Below are positions 51,341-64,000 of a stretch of DNA of 64,000 nt, piece after piece. The stretch is taken from contig NC_043005.1 in the NCBI RefSeq assembly GCF_006345805.1, positions 17,670,001-17,734,000 of the forward strand, in the 5' to 3' direction. The stretch comes from Octopus sinensis (taxonomy: Eukaryota). Within the stretch, counting starts at the first letter, position 1. Each line of letters opens with the position of its first letter. The translations under genes and the position numbers were made by a program. The notes under the pieces were generated by a model. The model was given only the letters and a program-made list of their open reading frames with translations. It did not search any database and had not been told where the DNA came from.

Positions 51341-53183
51341 TTCTGCTACCACCCCTAAATCCGTTTAAATAAGCTAAGATTGTTCCATCAACTTCTTCAA
51401 ACTGTATAAATGTGCTAGGCTACCGTGATTACTACCACCGCCATATTACTCAACCCAGAGTACAATTTGGAGACGACGATTATATTTTGTTTTTTTGCTT
51501 GTTGTATATGTTAATATAACTGAGCTCTATACTTCGTATGCATCGACAAAAATCATACAGCGAAGTTCTTGCTAATATACATAAAATGACAAAATGAAGA
51601 ATTTTATCTAACGAAATCTCGACAACCTGTTTTCAAAGCAAGAGAACGAACGTTACGTGAAATATATGCTGTGTTGTGTATACAACACAGCATATATTTC
51701 ACGTAACGCATACATTTCACCATTTACAACACGTTGAATTATTTATATATCACATTTCACTAACGTTCGCCGAAATCACACATATTACATTATATTTCAT
51801 ATACATTTTAAACAGCAGATCACACATCATCGCGATACTATATAGAGAGAGATTAATCCCATACATACATCTTATACACACACACAGGGTATGGACTTCT
51901 CCTTTATATTTGGTTTGCAGGATTCTTTAAGTGAATTTGTGTGTTGAAACAAATTTGGATAAATAACCAGTGCGTGTTATTAATATTGGCGTAACGACTC
52001 TTCCAAGACACACCAATACATATGAAATACGAGCGTCATAAATATCACATCTGTATTTTCCACTTTTATATATACATATCTATATATCAAACACATGGAA
52101 TGTGTATATAACCATTCCACATAGTAAGGTTTTATAGAAATCTATAAACACAGCCATTTCGTATATACAACATAAGTATATATATATATATAATCACAGT
52201 AAGTACAATTTACATAACAAACATGTCCAGTATGTAATATAAGTGTTGCGTGAGAGTGTATAAGAGAAGACAAAAATATTAATAAAATAAAAATAAAAAA
52301 TAAAAACGGGGTAGGGGAAATATGAGAAGGAGAGTGATGGTGGCGGTTGAGACGGAGAAGGAGGTCCCAGCTGGAGAGAAAGAGAGAGAATGTTGCAGTA
52401 AACATTACATACAATATGGCTACTAACTTCACTGCAAGCTGAACAGCACAACTGGTTACGTAGACACACACACAACACACACACCCTGTCGATATATATA
52501 CATGTCACACACATTACATATACAGGCTTATAAATACATCACATTATTAACACTCACATACACACACACACACACACAACCAGACTATTGATAATCACAT
52601 GCATATATTAGACATTTGTCGATACATGACTCCACACACACAAATCTGTCTATAATGACATGAATATATTAGTCACACACAAACATTATTATATCTAAAT
52701 ACACAAGCACTAAGAGACATTCTTATAAATACACGTGTTTGTGCATTAAAGAGAGTATATATATATATTATATGTAGACTACACATATATACATACATTA
52801 TACACAAAGTAAATATGTGAATCTGGACACAAAGGTTATAAAGACTTGATGCATTCACTATTCACACATGTAGCAGATACCACATTAATGAAGATATATT
52901 GTATTTCGAAGATATAATAATCCACATTAAAGAATACACATAAGCTCATTAATACACAGACCTGGAGAACCAAATAATGCCACATGTTGATCTCGCATGC
53001 ACACAAAAGTACATACATATAAACATATTACACACCCAAACAAGAAAGTCTTTACGTAGTAATTTGACCTGCTAGAAATAGCAGCTAAATTCCTCTTAAT
53101 TTATATATCTTGCTGCCTTAAAAATGATAATTATGACTGCAGTGGATATAATATTAGATCACGCTACACACACACACATATAT

Positions 53184-53232
<49 letters not shown>

Positions 53233-53477
53233 CGAAAGTCATTAGTAGAATGTATTTTGGTCAATATCTGCTTGACCAAGGTCGACATGAAGCTAGATAA
53301 CCACCACACAAAAATTATGATTAAATATATTGCAAAAAGTACAGAACAGCACTCTCGATATATAATCAAAAACATAATACCATTTATTTCTAAATTACTT
53401 TGTGGGAATTAAACCTCAAGTTTAGACGAATTAAGATCATATCTCAGGGACGAACACATATCCATACGTATGTGTTT

Positions 53478-53513
<36 letters not shown>

Positions 53514-55675
53514 CATACATAAATTGCATGTAATCGTTGGCAGACATACTTGAATACATATTTACATACAATTCTATTTATATACACAGGAAAAAACTCA
53601 GTTATATACATCCACATTTCAAATTTAAATAATTTGTGTCGAAAAAGGGGCGGGTTAAAGAACTCGATTATACCTACACACACACACACGAGCACAGGGT
53701 TGACTTCGGAAAGTCATACTCATGAAATTAAGAAAAAAAAAACAAATATATGTTAACAGCAGAAAATTAAAACGAAAGAGGAAAAAAAAAACCCCCAAAA
53801 AAACAGGTTTTTGTCTAAATGGAGTGTAGCTTTTTTAAGTGTTGGTGGTGTGACTATAACCAAGTTGTCTACACCATAATATATAACGGTGTGTGTGTGT
53901 GTGTGTGTGTAACTGCATCTGCCGACCTAGAAAGAATTTGGAGTGAGGAAAGGAAGAGGAAGTATGGAAACATAAAGAGGGGTGTTGTCTCGCTGGTAGA
54001 GAAAAAAATATAAACCATCATCATTGTAGTAATAATAATAATAATAAAAATAATAATCATATGATGAAAGGGCGGAGAGGGAGAATAACTCCCCTACCTC
54101 TCATTCCTTACTAATTACCCCAGTCGCCCCACCCCAAGACGTACAGACATAGCAGGGGAAGTGGCAGATCAAGAAATATGTATATAGCGCCATCATATGT
54201 TTAAAGAAAAAAAAAAAATTTTTTTTAATCAAGAAAATTTTAAAAATGCAGCATCGAATCAGTTAAGAAAGAGCGTGGGGCAACAAGCTCGAGGAAATCA
54301 TCACCATTACTATAGCATCACTAAAAACGGGGTCTTTTAATTCAGTTTATTCCTCCAACATGCCTCAGGCAACATAGCATCTTGCTTTGGTTCGATTAAA
54401 TGTTAAAATGTGGATTGTGTGTAAGAGTGTGTGTGTGTGTGTGTGTGTGTGTGCAGCTATATGAAAGGAGCAAGACCAGAATTTGGGCCATTAATAAGGT
54501 GGTTTAGTGGGTGTGTAATGTCCTGTGTCGCAAAAGCAGAGCAGGAGGACACCATGCCACAAGAACATAAAAGTAGGCCTATTGTGCATGTGTGTGTGTG
54601 TGTGTGCAGTTAACAAGAGAAATGAATAAGTGTAAATATGGCCCCTTTTTTTTTTTTTCTCCCAACATATGTATACGTGTTTCCAACTCCCTGAGTAATC
54701 ACGAGAATCGGCTGAAGACGGAACGGAACAGTGGTGGGCGCAGAGAAAGAGAGAGAGAGAGAGAGTGAATGAGTGAGTGAGAGGATGTTTGAGCAAATTC
54801 GACATGTCATGGGCGAAGGGAGAGAGAGTGTGAGCGAAAGAGACTGAAGACGACTCAAAAGCTACAGGTTATACATACACACACACAATTCATGTTTTCT
54901 AAGATGAAGGTGCATCATAGCTGCAAGGTGGCAGCTGTGATGCAAAACGTTTATGTGCACATCAAAGTGCTAATAGGAGAGAGAGAGAGGCGGGGGGGGG
55001 GGGGGTAGGAGAAGTGAGACCACACATTGAAAATGTACTATCCGTCGTTCATGTGTTCATCTAGTTCTTCCACACTCTCACATTTAATAATATAAGTAAT
55101 ATACACGTCTATATTACATAATATATGTGACTGTGTGTGTGTGTGTGTGTGTGTATATTATTATATGTGTGTGTGTTTGGCTTGTAATAGATAGACAGCA
55201 GATATAATAAGGGTCATTTAATCAAGTGCTAATTTGACCAACTAGAGAGTTGAGGTGAGAGTGGGGATGTGGACAATTTGAGGACACTGAAATAACAGCT
55301 CGAGTCAATTTAAAACGAAGGACAGACAAACAAACAAACAAACAAACGCACGCACCACTATACATACGCATTCTGATTTGAACTTACTCTGGTAGTGAAT
55401 AAATAAATAAATACACACGCATCCACATACAGAATTACTGGCATATCTATTAAATCACACATGTGTGTGTGTGTGTGTGTATAACAGCCAATCACCCATC
55501 AATATAACTGATGTTTTATTTGTTACGTACATAGAGAATGTCCTAATGAGATACACAATATATATATATACACAGGCACGGGACGGAGTTTTATGAGGAC
55601 ATCTGACAGAATGAGAGAGTACCATGTATAAACTCAAAACGCACTTGTATCTATTTAACACACACGATAATATAT

Positions 55676-55729
<54 letters not shown>

Positions 55730-56339
55730 TACACAAACCTTTTAAATAGAAACACTTTCTCAACTGTCTTCACACAAAAGAAGAATCAAGACAGACAAAA
55801 AGGCAGATTGAATGAATCGAATTAAGATATTTGAAGAAGACTCAATATATATATATATATATATGGTTTCAGACTTGATGGTAGAAAGGCGATTGATTGA
55901 CACGACATATACACAATATTCTACATACATACTAACACACAAAATGGCCACAAAGAAAGATAAATGTTATAGTGAAGTCTCTTAGTAGAAAATAGCAATG
56001 GGGAGAGAGAGAGGAGACGGTTCGAACAGGAAATATAGACATTTTGGATAGATGGTAGAGAGTGGTTAAATAAAGTAATGGCAGTGGTAGGCTGTTTCTT
56101 CTCTTGTTGATACTGCTGCTGCACGGAGGTGGGAAGATCTATATATATGTATATATATATGTATGTATATATATACGTGTATGTATGTATTATCGACATA
56201 TTTATAATAATTATTAATGACAATTATATAGTGCTGTTGGCTGGAATTTTTGTAGGGGTCTGGTTTATGTGGCAAGTTGGAAGTGGTGAGAATAGGGAAA
56301 TACTATGAAAGAGAGAGAGAGACAAAGTGTGTGTGTATC

Positions 56340-56560
56340 ACAGTGACGAAGAAAGAGTTAATAAATAGGATAAAGAGAAAGACAGGAGAAATAAGCTAGA
56401 GAGAAAGAGAGGGGGTAGGATAGAGAGAAAGAGAGGGGGTAGAATAGAGAGAGACAGAGAGAGGATAGACAAGAGAAAAAGAGAGGTAGGATAGAGAGAA
56501 AGAGAGGGGTAGACAAGAGAAAAAGAGGGGCAGGTTAGAGAGAGAGAGAGAAGAGAGTGA
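56340..56560. repeat. GA-rich degenerate ~20-bp tandem repeat
   Basis: AGAGAGAAAGAGAGGGGGTAG-like units. Confidence 0.8.
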
Positions 56561-57351
56561 CAGTGTAAAGCAAGTATGAGTACAGCAGCAGTCTCAAGGG
56601 GAGGAAATATACATACATACATACAAATAAATAAATATATACACAATCAGATGTAGATATTTAAATGTGTGTGTGTATACACACTCACTCACTCACTCAG
56701 ATGTGTGTAAATTATTATTATTAAATCAACGAGTGGACAATGAATTGTGTTAGATTAGATGGTGGAAGAAGAAGAAAAAAAACATAAAAAGACTCCCTCC
56801 TCTTGTCTTAACCTACTCTTCCGCCAGATCATAATTATACACAGGGAACTCATCCATGTATTATATATATATATACACGCATTATCTACGCTATATATAT
56901 ATATATATATATATACAATGCAAACACGCCCTTCTTTGAACGACTATTTATAGATAGATAGATAGATAGATAGATAGGTACATAGATAGATACCCTTCCG
57001 TTAGTTCTTCATACACATTTAAAACATCCTCCCTCTGTTATCACACACAGATAAATTAGGTACTGATAAATTACATATACATATTAAAATATACACAATA
57101 TCTACATACATACATTTGTCGTTTATATATATAGATAGATAGATAGAAAGACAGATAGATAGATGAATGACAGAATAACGTTTCCTTAATACATAGTAAG
57201 TTATTTTATATATATGTATATATATCCATATATATATATGTGTATATATATCCATATATATATGTATATATATATCCATATATATATACATACATATATA
57301 TTCATGTTCATACAAACAACGGCCGCCATCCTATATATTGTGGCTCCTTAC

Positions 57352-57625
57352 CTTTAACTTTTTTGTGTATTTTGTTAGCTTAACTCTCTCTATATAAGTG
57401 GGTTTTAAACGGTCCCTGTGTGTCGACAGTATTTCGGATGGCCTTTCACTCGACTTCGACCTCGTATTTAATTATCACTGGTGGTAAAAAATGTCCCGAT
57501 GGCGGCAGCACACACACAGATAGAAGGGAAAAGCCTGTTTAAAGACACAAGTAAAAAGCCCCATACAAACCTAGCGAAGAACGGGTGATGGTCGTAAAGC
57601 CTCGTCTCTACGCAGTAGTAGCTCC
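57352..57625 (-). promoter_or_regulatory. Candidate non-coding first exon / promoter
   Basis: CpG-rich unique block ending in the strong minus-strand donor AAG|GTAAGG (intron start 57351). YY1-like GCCGCCAT/ATGGCGGC motifs at about 57322 and 57499. Confidence 0.4.
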
Positions 57626-58220
57626 TCTCTCTTTATCTTTCTATATCTCCTTCTTTCTACCTTTCTAATTTTCCCCTCTCACTTAGCTTTCTCTTTCTTT
57701 CTATATCGCCTTCTTTACTTACTCTCTGCTATACATCATACTCTCGTTCTCTATCTCTATATTACATCTCATACTATCACTCTCGTCTTGACTTTCTCTC
57801 TATCTTTCTATATCTCCTTCGTTCTCACTCTCTACTTTATCTCATACTCTCACCCTCTATTACTGAGCACCGCTCTGCTTTACCTCATACTCACTTTTTC
57901 TCTCTTGTTCTATATCTACTCTTTTCTACCTCTCTGAATAGACTTATACTCTCACTCTCTCCTTTCCACTTTTTCTCACTGTATCTCTCTTTCTTTCTAT
58001 CTCTCCACCTCATACCCTCACTGTCTTTCTCTCTCTATATCTCTATACATTTATGATTCACTCATTGTATATTGCCTCTCTTTCAAAGTCACACTATATA
58101 TTTCTGCTCGACCTCATATTCCCCCCTCTCTATATCTCTCTCTCTCTATATTGCTCTTTCGAGTCACTTTACTTATATCTTACTTTCTTTTTCATCAACC
58201 TAACTCCATCGCCCTTCTAT
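57625..58220. repeat. CT-rich low-complexity tract
   Basis: ~600 bp of degenerate (CT)n with recurring CTCATACTCTC motifs. Confidence 0.8.
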
Positions 58221-59597
58221 TCTACCACTCTCTAAAACAAGAGTGGTAGAGTGTCTGAGTTACACTCAGGTACTATCTGTCTTTTGTAGATATCGTTTTG
58301 TTCCTCTCTCTCTAAAGTCACATTTTTTTTTCTCTTTTCGTCGTTAACTCCATTTCATATTCCATTCAGTCTTTTTTCTAACTATTTTCAACTACTTGCT
58401 TTTCTACTTTATTTTCACTCTCTTACCTTCTCTTTCTCTATTCAGCTGTCCTCTTTCACTCATGTTTTCTTTTTTTTTTATCACTCATTCTTATCTCTCT
58501 GTCTTCTGGCCACTTCTCGCTAAACGAACTACTTCATCGTCACAGTTTAGTATCATATCACTACGCGCGTGATGTGATCAATGTGAACTTATAAATTAAT
58601 GAAATCTTCACTCTGAAGACCTCAGTTTATTTTCTTTCCATTTTTATTCTATTACCGTGAACTCATAACCCAAATATCAAAATTAGTAGACAGGGTGGGT
58701 GGGAAGAAAAGCAATTCATTAAAATAATAATTAACGACCTATGAGGTCATCTGGTTTAAGAAATAAATCACTTTGGGAAAATAAATATGAGTAATAATTT
58801 TTAATCCTTTATTTATTCCAGGAAAACAATCTAACGTAATATTTTAACCAAAAAAAAAAAACCTACACACTCAATAGATATGGTTATAAGGACTGTTTGT
58901 TCAAGCAATATTTGCAATTATTGGATTCGTTCAAATCAAAAGGAAACAGTCGGGAGATGAGAATAGTGAAATACGGTTCATTGATCTTTGATGAGAAAAC
59001 AGATCGAAGTAATAAGAAGAGAGGAGAGAAAGAGAGAAGGAGGGCGTAAATTGAGTTGAAAGAAAGTTAGTTACGTACCTAACTAACTGCAAGCCTGATA
59101 TATAAAGATAGCTAGTTAGACAAATAGTCCAGTTTAATTTATAATCAGAGTACGAAGTACATTGCAAAGTCATAAGCAAGCTAATTAGAGAGAGAGAGAG
59201 ATTGGCAAACAAATGATAAAGTGGGGAAAAAAGACAGAGAAAAGAAAAAAATGTAGTCTGTGGATTAAATTTGATACATTGGATGCATTGCTAATGGTAA
59301 TGGTGGTGGGGCGCCTCAGCGGAAGGGACAGTGCATCGCATCCTGTCACCTGTGTGTACGACTTAGATACTTAACTCTGGAAATGCCAAATCAGGAACTA
59401 TGTAAAGACACAGTTCACTGATGGAAGAAAGGAAGAGTCATGCTATTTAAACGGTTTCATACTTTGGCACAAGGCCACAGATGTTCGAGAGAATCAGAAC
59501 TGACATCCTGTGACATTTATGCCTTTCTCAAGGGCACTACTTATTTAAGAACCAAAACCGAGTTGCGAACTGGGTACTCTTCGGGGATTGTCTAGAC

Positions 59598-59815
59598 CAG
59601 TGGTTCTCAGCCGGGGTCCACATGACCCTTGGAGGTCCATTTTGTTCAAATTTATCTGCAATAAATTGGTTATACTTCTACGATACACAAAATATCTTAA
59701 TTTTTTAAATGTAATTCCTAATAATATTCAATTATAGAGACACAATAAGATTCTTTAAACGTGAGTCCAGCGAAAGTAAAAGAGGAACCAAAGGTGTCCA
59801 TGAGCAAAACTACTG
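59598..59815. mobile_element. hAT (Charlie-like) MITE
   Basis: Begins CAGTGGTTCTCAGCC after GTCTAGAC (NTCTAGAN-type target) and ends with a degenerate AAAACTACTG followed by CACTAAAC. A lone similar terminus CAGTGGTTCCCAAAC is at 34200. Confidence 0.6.
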
Positions 59816-62800
59816 CACTAAACAGTCATTACTTCTGCTAGAAATAGCGGCCAAATAATCTTTTTTAAAAAAGCGGACAACATTGCTATAGATACACAGA
59901 AAAGCAGAATAGTCGTAACTAGAGCGTCGTTTATCAAATAGGGTGTTAATTTTTAGCTCTCTACAATGATAGCGAGTTCCACCACTACCATGCCTCAAGA
60001 GTTTAATTTTTGAGAGAAGAGGTGAACCCGGCAATGTTTATTTGGCCAAGATACAGATAACCTGTTGAGTCATTCCTCTTCACTCCTTCCACGTACTCGC
60101 AATTTCTGGTCTTACTTAAGCAGCCGGCTCAGTAAGGATGGCTTTACTCATGACAACCTTTTAGATAAGGGCCCAACAATCCTTTATGAGTGACAAGAGG
60201 CTTTTTCTTCTGATTTTTTTTTTCTTAAATGAGAAATACAATTCATGGGTATACAATGTATTGAATAGCTTTTAGAATACAATTTGTTTTTAGACACAGA
60301 AACTAGTCTTGTAGCAGAGTGGTATAGCAATTGAATCACTCCCCACTATATTATGAATGTATGTTCGAGTGAGTAAATTCAGTCGTATTCCCTCTCTTGA
60401 AAATCGTTGGCGAAGAAACGGTTTCATACAATCATCTGTTGCTTCAACGAACCATTTGCAGATTTCTTCCTTTGCGTATTTTTTACATTGGACCTAAAAT
60501 GACTGACTTTTGAGTTTCACAAAATGTATTCGACCCTGTTAGGAGTTGATTACAGAACATAAGAAGGAAATGAAGCTATATTATTGATGATATTAATTCG
60601 ATCTGGTCTTCAACAAATCATACTGTATATATTGGATGCAGACATCTAAACCATCTGCTGCAGAGCTGTAGTGAGTGAAACTTTCAACACTTTTGATATC
60701 AACCCGCATGAAACCACCCTTGGTGCTTGCTATAACACGAATGCCGTTTTATAGTAATCTAAATTAAAATGTTCCACCAAAATTTCATGTTGATTTATGT
60801 TCGAAACACCAGCTTAATAATGATAGTTATTTTAATAAATGCTTGTTTTCAACATTAATAGAAAGTCAATATATATATATATATATATTAATGGTAACAA
60901 AGTGATTATAGGCACCAGAGGAGGGACAACACACCTTTTGCAGTAGATATGATGGTGTATAAATTCAGTAACTCTTTGACAAATATCAGGATACTTCGTC
61001 ACGAAAAAAGTGTAATTTGTTATATGAAAAAACAAAATAGTGTTCGCAACCATATAATTCTTATATCTTCGTCGTGGTACTAGACAGGTGAAAAAATTTT
61101 AAAACCCTCTCAATTTTTATTAAACATAACTTATCCGCCCCCTTTTCAATTCTCACAAGCACTTTCCTTTCTCTACCACTTGTATAAGTTGATGTGGCAT
61201 TAGTCTATAGAGCCGACTTGTTTTGAAACAATCCTTGGTGAATTATCAACTACTATATATAAGTGTATATATATATATATACATATATACATACATACAT
61301 ATAATGTGTGTACGTAGCTGTAAGTGTAAACATATATGCTACACACACTGTCTTATAAATGTTCATAACAGTCACGAGATTCTTATAGTGGTCTTAATAG
61401 AGCGGTGTCGACCATCTGGGCAAGCTCTCAGATTCGAAAAATGCGAACTATATATATATATATATATGCATGGAATCAGGCGACAGCACCTTGCTCCAAC
61501 GACGGCAACCCCCAAACAACCATTACGTCATAATAGCAAACAGTTGAGCTGCTGCTGCTACTGACCTTAGTCTAGAACCCAAAACATTAACGATATCACA
61601 GTTACTTAACATAATAGACAAGTAGAAGGATTTGAATATTTTCATGTTCTGACTGAAACTAGACAGCTGTAATCATGTCTGTGTGAGTATCTAAGTAAAG
61701 TATTAAAAAAACAAAACAAATTAAGCACAATAGTCCAGAGGAGTCACGTGTAAGCGAGATTTCACTAAGTAGAGTTCCCTTTTGTATACATTGTCTTTGA
61801 TATTAAATAAACATCGACATTACTATTTTCTTAAGGATAGAAAATGCAAAATAAATACGGAAATAATTATTATGCATGCCAAAATAAAATAGAGTTGTTA
61901 ATGAAGTTACGTATGCACGAGATTTAATTAGGTTTGTTTTTGTAATCTCGCTTCGATGCGAGATTATAAAAGAAATCAGGTGTAGTTTATATGAATATTA
62001 ATCAATTTCTTTCCCCTTAATCATCACAGTTTTTATAACATCTTGTAAAAATTAACGATTGAAAAATTATAAGTTCTGCAGGAACCATATAGTGATGAAA
62101 CGAGAAAAAAAAAACATCTTACTATTCTTAAGACTGTTGACTACGTTTGTGACAGTCATGATTTGCGCATGCTCTATGACACGTAGGTCGTTGCTAAGGT
62201 CAACAATGACACGCTTCTTCTTACGTTTATTGTTTAGTTGAGAATTTCAAAGAAACGCACAAGACAGGCAAACAACCAGAGAAATGTGCGAAAAAGTTGT
62301 CGACCCTCTGTTAGAGGCTTCTCGTTTAGCCGAGGGTTCTATTTGTATTCATTCCGAGCAGAGCAAAGATAAATGCCTATGCTCGGCATTAAACTATGTA
62401 AGTAGATGGATGTTAACTACATGAGCCAAACAAACAAAAACATCTTGAGAGTAATATATATATACATGGCGTTTCGGACATCGGAAAATGACAGACTTCT
62501 CTCATTTTTCTTTGAGAGGCTTCGGCCGAACTGTTTACATATATTAACATTTTTCACGAAATTCTACTTTCTTTTTTTTTTTTTTTTTGTTTTAGTGATA
62601 TTGGCTCTTGTCAAAATATTATTTTAAGCTTAAGGGGAATACCTCGGGAGCGTTCTGCATATTAAATACAAGGTGATAACAACTGGTTTTCCACGGCCTG
62701 TAGAGAGATTCTGTTCAAAATATAATTCTTTCATTCTTACTCCAAAATTAAACCTCCAGATATAGAATTCGCTTATGTGTCGATCTAACAACCAACTAAC

Positions 62801-64000
62801 CAGACTATCTGCGTATTTCCCTATCTATTCTCTCTTTCTCTTTCTATATATTTTTGTGTATATGTGCGCGCGCCCACACGCACATTCACACGTGTGTGTG
62901 TGTGTGTGTCTTTTGGTCCACCTCCAAAAACATCATCTAAATATGGTTAGTAGGTCAGTAGTTGTCCCTCAGTCTTTCTCTCCCCCGCCATCTATCTAAC
63001 GTTAAACTGAAATCTTCACTCTATCTGAAAAAAACGTGCCAACAGGAAGCTTCTGCGCGATCGCTCGTCCTGCTAGATACAGCAGCCAAAATTCTCCTAA
63101 ATCAGTCAACTGTCCTATATATAAAACTATGTTGCATGCATATTGCAGTGTTAAATACATAATGACTGAGGAAAAAAAACAGGATGATCAAATCTGGTGC
63201 GTTTTTGATTGTATGTCTGCTTAAAAAAGGCCACCTGGGCTGTTTAGATCTTTGAGAGCCTGTATGTAGACGAAATGCTAGAAATAACAGTCAAATCTCC
63301 TTCGATTTAGGTCCTTTAAAATTCATTGGATAATGTATTCTGGAAAAAAAGATGGGATGCTTACAGCTGAAATAACTTAGATTATAACTACTTGATTAGA
63401 GTTAATCTTGGGCTAAGCGTCATCTCCCTTGTTACACAGCATAAGCTCTACATTTAGAGGTCACTGAGCAGCGTGTCAAAGGTGACAGTGAGCATGAATG
63501 GGGTCACAGAACCGAGTATTAGACGTATTAGTTAATGTACATCAGTGGTGACAGAGAAAGGTTACATAGATGTTATAGAGGCACATATCGGAGGTTAGTG
63601 CAGAATGTCTGAGGTTAAAATTTTAGTTTGTGCATAATAGAGAGGTCGTGGTGCCATATTAAAAAGCAAGTATATTGAATAGAATGTAGTGGAGTGGGAC
63701 TACATAGGTCATAGTACAGTGTGTTAAATTCCCCACTGTAGTAGTTCAGAGTCTTAACTTTTTCTATCCAAAGCATTTGATGTCTGCGAGGGTACTGGCT
63801 TTTTCCGACGCCTTAGCCTTGCCATTGCCCGTCGTAATGCTTCAGTAGGTTCCGTTGAACCTTGTCGAGTGCAACCAATTGAGGCACTTAATGCTACATT
63901 GATGCTTTATTTTTCGGCGATCTTTCGTCTCTAGTAGACCTTTCCGGCGATTTCCGTAAAACATTTTTTTCTTTTTTTACATATGGGCTTGCGGGAACTT

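Overview
AT-rich, microsatellite-dense animal genomic DNA. The SINE families and the (TA)/(TG)/(GA) load resemble Octopus (coleoid cephalopod) sequence; this is from recall, not a search. I cannot identify any intact protein-coding gene, and the long ORFs in the track are translations of simple repeats. The window is dominated by at least four SINE-like families, decayed RTE-type LINEs, an internally deleted mariner, piggyBac-, hAT- and foldback-type MITEs, a probable non-autonomous Helitron, a triplicated ~420-bp block and a ~2.1-kb 40-bp minisatellite. The most notable structure is a 245-bp inverted duplication (35776-36349). Each arm carries a foldable minimal type-I hammerhead ribozyme of the Penelope pseudo-LTR type, and further degenerate hammerhead-like remnants lie nearby. 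Two isolated 27-bp-stem hairpins also stand out. CpG is visibly depleted left of ~46.3 kb and common to the right. With several minus-strand splice donors, this suggests the left part is intronic sequence of a minus-strand gene with several promoters or first exons (inference).
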